IMG/VR virus record: IMGVR_UViG_3300020045_000828
Location: 1 to 29,939 of that record
Direction: 5' to 3' (one strand)
Length of the DNA stretch: 29,939 bases
Source of the DNA: a virus
Taxonomy: Duplodnaviria; Caudoviricetes
This document shows, one piece after another, positions 8,097-15,188 of the stretch. The notes beneath the pieces were generated by a model. The model ran no database searches and had not been told where the DNA came from. It saw only the letters and a program-made list of their open reading frames with translations. Made by a program: the position numbers and the translations under genes. Positions within the stretch are counted from its first letter, which is position 1. Every line of letters begins with the position of its first letter.

Positions 8097-8543
8097 ATGA
8101 AACAAATCAACAAAGCGGCTTCATTAAAGTTGCAAGAACCTATCATGAAAGAATCAGAAGTTGACCGTCTGGAAGAAACTGAACTTCCTTTGAACGCCAA
8201 AGTCAAGACACTTCTGTTGACACTTCAAAGCAAACCTTTTCAAGTTATGCTTTCCGGTGAAAAGACCGTTGAATTCAGAAAGCCGTCTGACTGGATCAAA
8301 AGCCGCCTGTTTAATAAGGACGGAAGCCGGAAGGAATATGACGTCATTAAGTTTGTAAACGGTTACGGTGAAGACAAGCCTTTCTTTGTGGCAATCTTTG
8401 ACGGCTTTGACAACTTCACACGCGGAAAGTACAATGAATGTGCAAATCAACTTATTTATTCAAACGGTCTTGAAGTTATCCTTGAAGAAGGTGACTTTCA
8501 AATTTATCTGGGTAACATTCTAAAGAAAGGAAACCTGAAATGA
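8097..8543 (+). CDS. ASCH (PUA-like) domain protein
   Basis: 'LTLQSKPFQVMLSGEKTVEFR' matches the ASCH GxKxxExR signature, followed by 'YDVIKFVNGY'. Confidence 0.8.
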   Translation: MKQINKAASLKLQEPIMKESEVDRLEETELPLNAKVKTLLLTLQSKPFQVMLSGEKTVEFRKPSDWIKSRLFNKDGSRKEYDVIKFVNGYGEDKPFFVAIFDGFDNFTRGKYNECANQLIYSNGLEVILEEGDFQIYLGNILKKGNLK

Positions 8544-8845
8544 CAAAAGAACATTTTTTTTCAATTGTTAAATGGCAAAGTGAAACATTTCCAACCGCTT
8601 CAACCTTTTCCAAAATCAAACACCTTCAGCAAGAAGTTGAAGAATTGCTTTTTGAAATTACCACCAAAGGCAAAGGAATCAATCATGAATTTGCTGACTG
8701 TTTTATGCTTCTTTTTGGCGCGGCGGCTTCTGAAGGTCTGTCTTATGATGACATTTGCAAATCTATTGATGAAAAAATGCAAATAAATAAGGCGCGCAAA
8801 TGGGGAAAGCCTGACAAAAACGGCGTTCAAAATCATATAAAATAA
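8540..8845 (+). CDS. DUF550 / MazG-fold dNTP pyrophosphohydrolase
   Basis: 'WQSETF', 'HLQQEVEEL', 'EFADCFMLL' and 'KMQINKARKW' are DUF550-type motifs. Confidence 0.8.
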   Translation: MTKEHFFSIVKWQSETFPTASTFSKIKHLQQEVEELLFEITTKGKGINHEFADCFMLLFGAAASEGLSYDDICKSIDEKMQINKARKWGKPDKNGVQNHIK

Positions 8846-8849
8846 AGCT

Positions 8850-9065
8850 ATGTCAAACAAAGTTGAATATAATGTCAAGAAGAAGACAACCGCTTTTGTT
8901 CAATGTTCTGACTGTTCTGGAACTGGTAAAAAATCAAGAACTTTTCAGGGTGCAAAGTTTGTTGACAATTGCTTCAGGTGCAAAGGAACAGGACGCGAAG
9001 CAATAACACATGAAACGGACGTCACGCTTCTTCAAGCTTTGAAGGAATTGAACCTGATTAAATAA
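8850..9065 (+). CDS. DnaJ-type zinc-finger protein (paralog 2)
   Basis: CSDCSGTG and CFRCKGTG; aligns end to end with 7864..8085. Confidence 0.75.
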   Translation: MSNKVEYNVKKKTTAFVQCSDCSGTGKKSRTFQGAKFVDNCFRCKGTGREAITHETDVTLLQALKELNLIK

Positions 9066-9069
9066 ACCT

Positions 9070-9237
9070 ATGAGATATTTAATAATAGCAACCGGATTTG
9101 AACCAGCCTTCACAGAATGGTTTGAAAGTGAAAATCATTTCAACGCTGAACTTGATATGATTGTCATTGACCTTGCAAAAGGTTTATATACTAAAGACGG
9201 CGAAAGCTGGAAAGAAATTGAACATGATCATTTATAA
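9070..9237 (+). CDS. Hypothetical protein (55 aa)
   Basis: Not in the ORF track; reads MRYLIIATGFEPAFTEWF...EIEHDHL and fills the operon gap exactly. Confidence 0.7.
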   Translation: MRYLIIATGFEPAFTEWFESENHFNAELDMIVIDLAKGLYTKDGESWKEIEHDHL

Positions 9238-9245
9238 TTTAAACC

Positions 9246-9428
9246 ATGCCAAAAGATAAAATCCAAAACTTTAAACTTGAAGAAGACGTCAAGGCGGACT
9301 TTGAAAAGCTTTGCGCGGAAAACTTCACAACGCCGTCACATGAATTGCGGTTGCTTGTTCACAAATGGATTAAAGCACACAATTCAAAACCTATTTCAAT
9401 AAACGATTTAAAACAAAAGAATTCATGA
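9246..9428 (+). CDS. Ribbon-helix-helix (CopG/Arc-like) DNA-binding protein
   Basis: 'IQNFKLEEDVKADFEKLCAENFTTPSHELRLLVHKWI' has the strand-helix-turn-helix RHH pattern. Confidence 0.7.
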   Translation: MPKDKIQNFKLEEDVKADFEKLCAENFTTPSHELRLLVHKWIKAHNSKPISINDLKQKNS

Positions 9429-9871
9429 AGGTAAAAGAAACAAAGGTTTGCGCGGGTGAAGATTGCAACGAAGAATTCAGACCTTTTAAATCAACTGACA
9501 AGTTTTGTTCCGCTGGTTGTGCTTATAAGTCCCAGAAGCCAAAAACAGCAAAGAAGCAAACACCAATCAAAAGGACGCCAATCAAGCAAGCTTCAGACAA
9601 GCGGCGGAAAGAATCCTATATTTATGCAAAGGAAAGGAAGTTGTTTCTTGCACTTCCTGAAAACAAAGTTTGCACCGTTGCAAAAGCCGTGTTCAATGAA
9701 ACCCTTCCGGCTTGCGAAATCCACCACAAAGCCGGAAGGCGCGGAAAGTTCCTTGTTTATGTTCCTTTTTGGCTTGCGGTTTCAAGGAAAGGTCACAACT
9801 GGATTCATGCAAACCCAGAAGAAGCCTATTCACGCGGCTTCCTTATTCATTCATCAACCGTCAAAATCTAA
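9425..9871 (+). CDS. Zinc-finger plus HNH-like nuclease (NinG-like architecture)
   Basis: N-terminal C-x4-C...FCSxxC finger; C-terminal 'EIHHKAGR...WLAVSRKGHNWIH'. Confidence 0.65.
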   Translation: MKVKETKVCAGEDCNEEFRPFKSTDKFCSAGCAYKSQKPKTAKKQTPIKRTPIKQASDKRRKESYIYAKERKLFLALPENKVCTVAKAVFNETLPACEIHHKAGRRGKFLVYVPFWLAVSRKGHNWIHANPEEAYSRGFLIHSSTVKI

Positions 9872-9875
9872 TTCA

Positions 9876-10061
9876 ATGACCGATTTTCAACGCCTGAAGG
9901 ACACGCTTCAACAAATCAATTGTCAATTCACTTCAACACCTACATTGATAGGAACAACGCTTTCAGTCTTTTCTGAAACAAAGAAAGGAAACCTTGAAAT
10001 GATGTTTGAATTTGACTGTGAAGGCAACTTTTTAAGAACAATTCACACTTCTTCCTTATAA
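9876..10061 (+). CDS. Hypothetical protein (61 aa)
   Basis: ATG at 9876 follows the HNH stop; this is the credible 3' part of the 9456..10061 ORF. Confidence 0.6.
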   Translation: MTDFQRLKDTLQQINCQFTSTPTLIGTTLSVFSETKKGNLEMMFEFDCEGNFLRTIHTSSL

Positions 10062-10107
10062 CATTTTTTTGACATATCTGACAGCCTTGACCCGTTGTAA
10101 TTTTTTT

Positions 10108-10165
10108 AGTTTAATTTTTTACTGTTTTCGTTTGCTTTATTTATTTATTAGTTTAGTTTTGTACC
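10108..10165 (+). promoter_or_regulatory. Early promoter P1 (Bacteroidota -33/-7) with paired operator-like repeats
   Basis: TTTG (10131) + 19 nt + TAGTTTTG (10154-10161), with AGTTTAATTTTTTACTGT upstream. Confidence 0.85.
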
Positions 10166-10196
10166 GTATCAATTAACCTTTATATTTTTTAATTAT

Positions 10197-11141
10197 GGAC
10201 AGTTTAATAGAGAATGGATTATTGAAAATGCACTTGAAGAAGTTCAGGAATATGAAAAAGGTATTCTGACTATTCGCGGTCTTCATTACAGGCTTGTTTC
10301 ACGCGGAATGACAAACACAATTCAACATTACAAGCGCGTTGTTGCGGCAATGGGACAAGCGCGCTGGGAAAAACTCATTCCTTTTGACACATTTTCAGAC
10401 AATGACCGCGAAACAATTGGTGAAACGAAGATCACAGAAACAAACGTTGAAGATTCAGTTGAATCAACCAAATACACAATCAAGTACTGGTTGAAGAATT
10501 ACTTCAAAAACCGCTGGGAAAATCAAAAGTATTACCCTGAAGTTTTTATTGAAAAGAAAGCTTTGCAAGGCGTTTTCGGAAAGCCTTGTAAAAACATGGA
10601 AGTTGCGCTTTCACCCTGTAAAGGTTACCCTTCATTGACCTTCCTGAATGACGCTTCAAAAAGATTCATCAACGCCAAAAGAGAAGGCAAAATTCCGGTC
10701 ATTTTATACTTTGGGGACTATGACCCCAGCGGTGAAGACATTCCGCGAAGTATTCAGGAAAACCTTATTGATTTAGGCGTCAAAGTTGAAGTCAGAAGAA
10801 TCAGTCTTATGGAACATCAGGTTGTTGAATGGAATCTTCCACCAGCACCCGCAAAGACAACTGATTCAAGGACGGCAAACTGGGACGGTTTAGGACAAGT
10901 TGAACTTGACGCCGTTGACCCTAAAAAACTGCAAGGACTTTGTTTTGATGCAATCAACACGCTTTTCAATAAGGAAGCTTATTCTGAACTTTTGGACACT
11001 CAAAGAATTGAAAAAGCTGAATATCAATTTCAATTGAAAAACTTCATGAATGAACAACTAAATGAAGAAGATCAAGACGAAGATGAAGACGAAGACGAAG
11101 ACTTTGACGGATATGAAGATTTTGACGAAGATGACGAATAA
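10197..11141 (+). CDS. Spo11/TopoVI-A-like (winged helix + TOPRIM) protein with acidic tail; start codon problematic
   Basis: The open frame upstream of ATG 10308 carries 'LTIRGLHYRLVSRG'. TOPRIM motifs 'EVFIEKKAL', 'KGYPS', 'ILYFGDYDPSG', 'VELDA'. D/E-rich C-terminus. Confidence 0.7.
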   Translation, partial: GQFNREWIIENALEEVQEYEKGILTIRGLHYRLVSRGMTNTIQHYKRVVAAMGQARWEKLIPFDTFSDNDRETIGETKITETNVEDSVESTKYTIKYWLKNYFKNRWENQKYYPEVFIEKKALQGVFGKPCKNMEVALSPCKGYPSLTFLNDASKRFINAKREGKIPVILYFGDYDPSGEDIPRSIQENLIDLGVKVEVRRISLMEHQVVEWNLPPAPAKTTDSRTANWDGLGQVELDAVDPKKLQGLCFDAINTLFNKEAYSELLDTQRIEKAEYQFQLKNFMNEQLNEEDQDEDEDEDEDFDGYEDFDEDDE

Positions 11142-11147
11142 ATAAAT

Positions 11148-11205
11148 AGTTTAATTTTTTACTGTTTTTGTTTGGTAATTAAATTTATTGGTTTAAATTT
11201 GTACC
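11148..11205 (+). promoter_or_regulatory. Early promoter P2 with paired operator-like repeats
   Basis: TTTG (11171) + 19 nt + TAAATTTG (11194-11201); same upstream 18-mer as P1. Confidence 0.85.
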
Positions 11206-11229
11206 ATACAAAACAGTAAAGAATTAAAT

Positions 11230-11400
11230 ATGAAAAAGCTTTCAGCCTATACCATTGCAAAGAATTGTTCTGACAAATCAGACATTGAAGCCGGAATCAA
11301 AGAACTTCAAGAATACTTTGACAAGACCCCAATGAATAAAAGAACAAATTCTTCTTATATCAGATTTTACAAACTTCACGAAAAATTAAAGACACTTTAA
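11230..11400 (+). CDS. Hypothetical protein (56 aa)
   Basis: First ATG after P2; reads MKKLSAYTIAKNCSDKSDIEAG...KLKTL; not in the ORF track. Confidence 0.7.
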   Translation: MKKLSAYTIAKNCSDKSDIEAGIKELQEYFDKTPMNKRTNSSYIRFYKLHEKLKTL

Positions 11401-11411
11401 ATCAATTTATC

Positions 11412-11645
11412 ATGAACAACACACGAAGAAAAGCAATTCAAGTTCTTATTGATAAGCTTGAAGAAATCAAAGGCGAAATTGAAGCCATGCAACAAGAAGA
11501 ACAAGACTACATTGACAACGTTCCTGAAAACCTTCAAGGCGGTGAACGTTATTCACAGGCTGAAGAAGCTGTCAGCAATATTGAATATTCTGTTGACAAC
11601 GTACAAGAAGCAATTGACAACCTTCAAAACTCTATTAAATCATGA
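11412..11645 (+). CDS. Hypothetical acidic coiled-coil protein
   Basis: 77 aa with 'EEQDYIDNVPENLQGGERY', a pattern I recognise from small phage proteins of unknown function. Confidence 0.75.
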   Translation: MNNTRRKAIQVLIDKLEEIKGEIEAMQQEEQDYIDNVPENLQGGERYSQAEEAVSNIEYSVDNVQEAIDNLQNSIKS

Positions 11646-11995
11646 AAAAGACCGTTGAAATCACAGGAAACCGCGTTGCATTGATTGAAGCTTCACTTCA
11701 GTTCAACCGGACAAACATTGACCTTATAGCAAAGGAAATTGACCTTAAAATGAAAGCTTTTCCAAAGGCTGAACAAGAAGGTGAATTTCCTTCTTTGTAT
11801 GATGAATGTCTTCTGAATGAAATGCAAGATTGTACAAAGACCCGCGTTGATTCAGTTACCATTCTTTCAAATAAATACAAGAAGGAATCAACCGTTCTGA
11901 ACGAAAGTGACCTTGTGAAAATTCAGGAAACAATTCAGGAATTGTTCATTGAATTAAGACAAGAACCTTATTCACTTTCTGAATATTATTCATAA
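11642..11995 (+). CDS. Hypothetical protein
   Basis: 117 aa; 4-nt overlap with the upstream gene and genome-typical codons. Confidence 0.7.
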   Translation: MKKTVEITGNRVALIEASLQFNRTNIDLIAKEIDLKMKAFPKAEQEGEFPSLYDECLLNEMQDCTKTRVDSVTILSNKYKKESTVLNESDLVKIQETIQELFIELRQEPYSLSEYYS

Positions 11996-11996
11996 T

Positions 11997-12146
11997 ATGA
12001 AAATGATTAAAACCTTCCTGAAATATCTTTCAAGATTACTTGAAGACGGGAAACCGGACAAGACAGAATTTTCCGCGCGCGTCCGTTATGCAATGACAGA
12101 AAAATTAATGAAAGAAATCCAAATCAATAAAAATTCAAGCAAATGA
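11997..12146 (+). CDS. Hypothetical protein (49 aa)
   Basis: MKMIKTFLKYLSRLLEDG...; its stop overlaps the ATG of the next gene (ATGA). Confidence 0.55.
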   Translation: MKMIKTFLKYLSRLLEDGKPDKTEFSARVRYAMTEKLMKEIQINKNSSK

Positions 12147-12835
12147 AAAAGAATTATTTCACGCCCAATGAACTGAAACTGTTCAATAGTCAAGACCCTA
12201 TCTTCAACGAAATTCAAATGAAGATTGTCAACAGAAGAACGCCGGAAAGTGAAGTTGAAGTCAAGACAGACAAGTCAGGCTTTGAATATAAAACAGTAAA
12301 GGCGGCTTATATCAAAGCTTTGGTTGCGCTGGTTTCCGGCGGCAATTATAGCTTTCAAATCAAAAGCCGTGAATTCATTTCTTCAACGCGTGAAGTCCTT
12401 GTTGAAGGAAGATTGACTTTGTTTGTCAATGGAAAGCAAATAATCCGTGAACAGTTTGGTCAACACTATCTGAACTTTAAAACAGAAACTGTTGAAGGTT
12501 CAGCAAAGACATATACAAAGGCGTCCGACATTGGCAACGGTTACAAAGCCGCCGCTTCAGATGCCTTCAAAAAGTGCGCTTCTGAATTTGGTTTTTGCTG
12601 GGACATTTACGGACAAGAACACGCTGAAAAGAAGAAAGAAGAAATTGTTGTTCCGCAACATGGTGACGTCAAGAAAATGGAACGCCTGAACTTCTTCCTT
12701 AAACAATGTACTTCAACTGAAGCAATCGAACACGTTTATGACAATTGGCTTTATAATTCAAAAGAAACTGAAGATTCAAAGAACCTTCTGAAAGAACACA
12801 TGACCCGCGTATTAAAATTAAAAATCAAGGAATAA
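12143..12835 (+). CDS. Sak/Rad52-like single-strand annealing protein
   Basis: 'IGNGYKAAASDAFKKCASEFGFCWDIY' is the Rad52/22-family signature; preceded by 'VLVEGRL' and 'REQFG'. Confidence 0.8.
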   Translation: MKKNYFTPNELKLFNSQDPIFNEIQMKIVNRRTPESEVEVKTDKSGFEYKTVKAAYIKALVALVSGGNYSFQIKSREFISSTREVLVEGRLTLFVNGKQIIREQFGQHYLNFKTETVEGSAKTYTKASDIGNGYKAAASDAFKKCASEFGFCWDIYGQEHAEKKKEEIVVPQHGDVKKMERLNFFLKQCTSTEAIEHVYDNWLYNSKETEDSKNLLKEHMTRVLKLKIKE

Positions 12836-12996
12836 TGAAAGATCAATTAAAATGCTCGAATTGTGGCAAACACTACACGCCAACAGGTGAAGAAAGAAAA
12901 CTTGCTGAATCCGGTGACCTTGCAATGACGTTTTGCAATGATTGTTGCACCGTTAAAGATGAATCTGTCAACTATACTGTTGACGCTGAAAAATAG
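12835..12996 (+). CDS. Small zinc-ribbon protein (53 aa)
   Basis: TAATG overlap with the upstream gene; CSNC...FCNDC; ends in a TAG stop, rare in this genome. Confidence 0.65.
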   Translation: MKDQLKCSNCGKHYTPTGEERKLAESGDLAMTFCNDCCTVKDESVNYTVDAEK

Positions 12997-13020
12997 ATTA
13001 AAACACAAATAAGCAAAGTC

Positions 13021-13078
13021 AGTTTAATTTTTTACTGTCTTTGCTTGTTTTTTAAATTAATAGGTTTAATTTTGTACC
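13021..13078 (+). promoter_or_regulatory. Early promoter P3 with paired operator-like repeats
   Basis: CTTG (13044) + 19 nt + TAATTTTG (13067-13074); same upstream 18-mer as P1 and P2. Confidence 0.85.
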
Positions 13079-13101
13079 ATTCATTTTATAAAGATAGACA
13101 C

Positions 13102-13440
13102 ATGAAGCTTAATGAATCAGAATTTAAAACCCTTGTTCAACACCTACCATTTATTGAAGTTTCCCTTGACTGGGACGGGACTGAAGGACGCGCAAAGATT
13201 GACGGACATGAAATGAAATCAGGAATTTATCTTGTCTTTGCTGACTTCACAGTTCTTGAAACTGGAAGTGTTGATTCAGGTGACGCCTTGACGCCTTCAG
13301 CCTTTATTTCAAACGGTCTTTTTTCTGAAATCAATGCTGTTGATTGCTTCACTGAAGACGTTGACAAGTCAATTGAATTCACGCCGGAACAAAAGAAGCT
13401 TTTATTCAAAGCAATTCAATCAAAAATTCAAACTGTTTAA
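13102..13440 (+). CDS. Hypothetical acidic protein (112 aa)
   Basis: ATG 13102 lies just downstream of P3; the ORF-track start at 13045 is inside the promoter. Confidence 0.7.
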   Translation: MKLNESEFKTLVQHLPFIEVSLDWDGTEGRAKIDGHEMKSGIYLVFADFTVLETGSVDSGDALTPSAFISNGLFSEINAVDCFTEDVDKSIEFTPEQKKLLFKAIQSKIQTV

Positions 13441-13441
13441 C

Positions 13442-13651
13442 ATGGAAAGACTTGAACAAATCAAAAAGCTTTCTGAAGTTCAACACAACATTCAAATTGT
13501 TGAAGGTTCAATCAATCATTTGAAGGCTTCTGAATATTACCGTATTTTCAGCAATGAAGAACAACGTCAACATGACATTCAAATTCAAATCAAGTGTCTT
13601 GAATACTGGAAAAGACGCTTCAATTTAATCATTCAATCAATTAATTATTAA
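13442..13651 (+). CDS. Hypothetical protein (69 aa)
   Basis: ATG immediately follows the previous stop; MERLEQIKKLSEVQ... Confidence 0.7.
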   Translation: MERLEQIKKLSEVQHNIQIVEGSINHLKASEYYRIFSNEEQRQHDIQIQIKCLEYWKRRFNLIIQSINY

Positions 13652-13671
13652 TCATTAAAATTTAATTTACC

Positions 13672-14658
13672 ATGAATCAAAATTTCAAAACACCGATTGA
13701 AAAAATTTTCTTCAGAAGTTCAAAAATTGGCTTGCTTGCGGGCGGTCTTGTCCGTCACGGTCTGACAGAAAAACAGCGTGAAGAAATGGACGGACTTCTT
13801 CTTGCAAAAATTACACCTATCGGATTGACGGAAAAGCAACTTCTTGAACTGGAAGGCTGGGACAAGAAGATTGAAGAAGGCGGAAACCTTACACCCGCGC
13901 AAATGGAAAAACGTGACGATTACAAAGCGAAACTTGTAACACCTAAAGGATTGACGGCAACACAGGAAGCGCGCCTTCAGGACTTACAAGACCGTAATTC
14001 AAGACCGCCGGAACTGTCAGAAGGTGCAAAAACTTATATCAAAGAAGTTTGGCTTGAAAATGAAAAAGGATTCAAGGAAGAAGTGACTGACAAAAAGCTT
14101 CGTAAAGGTTTGCAAGCTGAAGAAGATGCAATCAATCTGATTTCCTTTGTTGATAATGTCATGTATTTAAAGAATGAAAAGCGCGCCTTCCTGAATCACT
14201 TGACGGGTGAATGTGACGTTCTTCACCACAACAAGGACATTGACGCAAAGATTATTGATGACACAAAATGTTCATGGAATCCGCGGACATTCATGTCTTC
14301 AGGACTTACAACTTTGTATGAATGGCAAGGACGCGCTTATCTTCACCTTTATGACGCTGATATTTTCCGCTTGCGTCATTGCTTGGTTGATTGCCCGCCG
14401 GACGTCCTTCAGGAAGAATTCAAAAAGTTCTGTTTTGCAAATAACATCATTGATGACAGTCTTCCAAAATACAAGCCTTTGATTGATCAGTTCAACAGAA
14501 ACTTCCTTTATGAAGATTCAGGACTTTACACCAAAGAAGAACGCGTCAAGACCTTCATGTTTGCGCGTGACTATGAACTTGAATCAGTCATGTTGAAAGC
14601 AATTGAACTTGGTGTTGAATACTATCAGACAATCACATTGAACATGATTGAATTATGA
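13672..14658 (+). CDS. YqaJ / lambda-exonuclease family protein with a 21-aa repeat insertion
   Basis: 'RSSKIG', 'KGLQAEEDAI', 'LTGECD', 'DDTKCSW' and 'YEWQGRAYL' fit PD-(D/E)xK YqaJ-type motifs. Confidence 0.8.
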   Translation: MNQNFKTPIEKIFFRSSKIGLLAGGLVRHGLTEKQREEMDGLLLAKITPIGLTEKQLLELEGWDKKIEEGGNLTPAQMEKRDDYKAKLVTPKGLTATQEARLQDLQDRNSRPPELSEGAKTYIKEVWLENEKGFKEEVTDKKLRKGLQAEEDAINLISFVDNVMYLKNEKRAFLNHLTGECDVLHHNKDIDAKIIDDTKCSWNPRTFMSSGLTTLYEWQGRAYLHLYDADIFRLRHCLVDCPPDVLQEEFKKFCFANNIIDDSLPKYKPLIDQFNRNFLYEDSGLYTKEERVKTFMFARDYELESVMLKAIELGVEYYQTITLNMIEL

Positions 14659-14888
14659 GTGCTAAAAACAAGGAAGCCAAACTTGACCGCTGGGACATTT
14701 ACAACAATTTACCTTCCGGCGGTCAAGCTAAACTTTCAAGAATTTGCAACTGTTCACAAGTTCAAGTCAAGCTTGTTCTTGAAGGGAAACGCGGTGACAA
14801 TCAAGGAATAATCAAAGAAGCTGAATTGATGGCGGCTGTCTATATCTGGAAAGTAAGATTTTGCAAAGTTGCTGAATCAAAACTTTAA
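14655..14888 (+). CDS. Cro-like HTH protein
   Basis: 'GQAKLSRICNCSQVQVKLVLEGKR' fits an HTH pattern. Confidence 0.55.
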   Translation: MSAKNKEAKLDRWDIYNNLPSGGQAKLSRICNCSQVQVKLVLEGKRGDNQGIIKEAELMAAVYIWKVRFCKVAESKL

Positions 14889-14946
14889 TTTCACAATTCA
14901 AATATTTGTTTAATTTTATACCTTTTAAATTTTAATAAATTCAACT

Positions 14947-15186
14947 ATGAAGAACAAAAAGAACCCGTCAGTCAAGCAACTTGAAGCCACAAACAAGGCT
15001 TATAAATTGCGCCAACAATCACAAAATGATAATGAACTTGCTGAAAAACTTAATCTGTCAAAGGTCACGACCTACACCCGATTGAAACAAAGCAACTGGA
15101 CAAACCCTGAAATCTTATTCATTGAATATCTTTCAAACCCTGAATTGAAAAAGAAAGTTGATTCTTTGAATATTCTGGAAGTTTAA
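14947..15186 (+). CDS. HTH DNA-binding protein
   Basis: 'NDNELAEKLNLSKVTTYTRLK' fits an HTH pattern. Confidence 0.6.
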   Translation: MKNKKNPSVKQLEATNKAYKLRQQSQNDNELAEKLNLSKVTTYTRLKQSNWTNPEILFIEYLSNPELKKKVDSLNILEV

Positions 15187-15188
15187 TC

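Noticed and set aside
8540-8845. 2-aminoadenine (Z) genome pathway suggested by DUF550
   Set aside because: No PurZ, DatZ-type HD hydrolase or DNA polymerase is present in the closed genome.
9456-9875. Long overlapping ORF 9456..10061 (201 aa)
   Set aside because: The 5' part is an alternative frame of the HNH gene with no recognisable motifs; only 9876..10061 looks like a gene.
10108-13078. CRISPR array or DGR template/variable repeats
   Set aside because: The repeats are 1-2 kb apart and coincide with promoters. There is no regular repeat-spacer array, no reverse transcriptase and no adenine-specific mismatched repeat pair.
13045-13101. N-terminal extension of the 13045..13440 ORF
   Set aside because: It lies within promoter P3; ATG 13102 is the plausible start.
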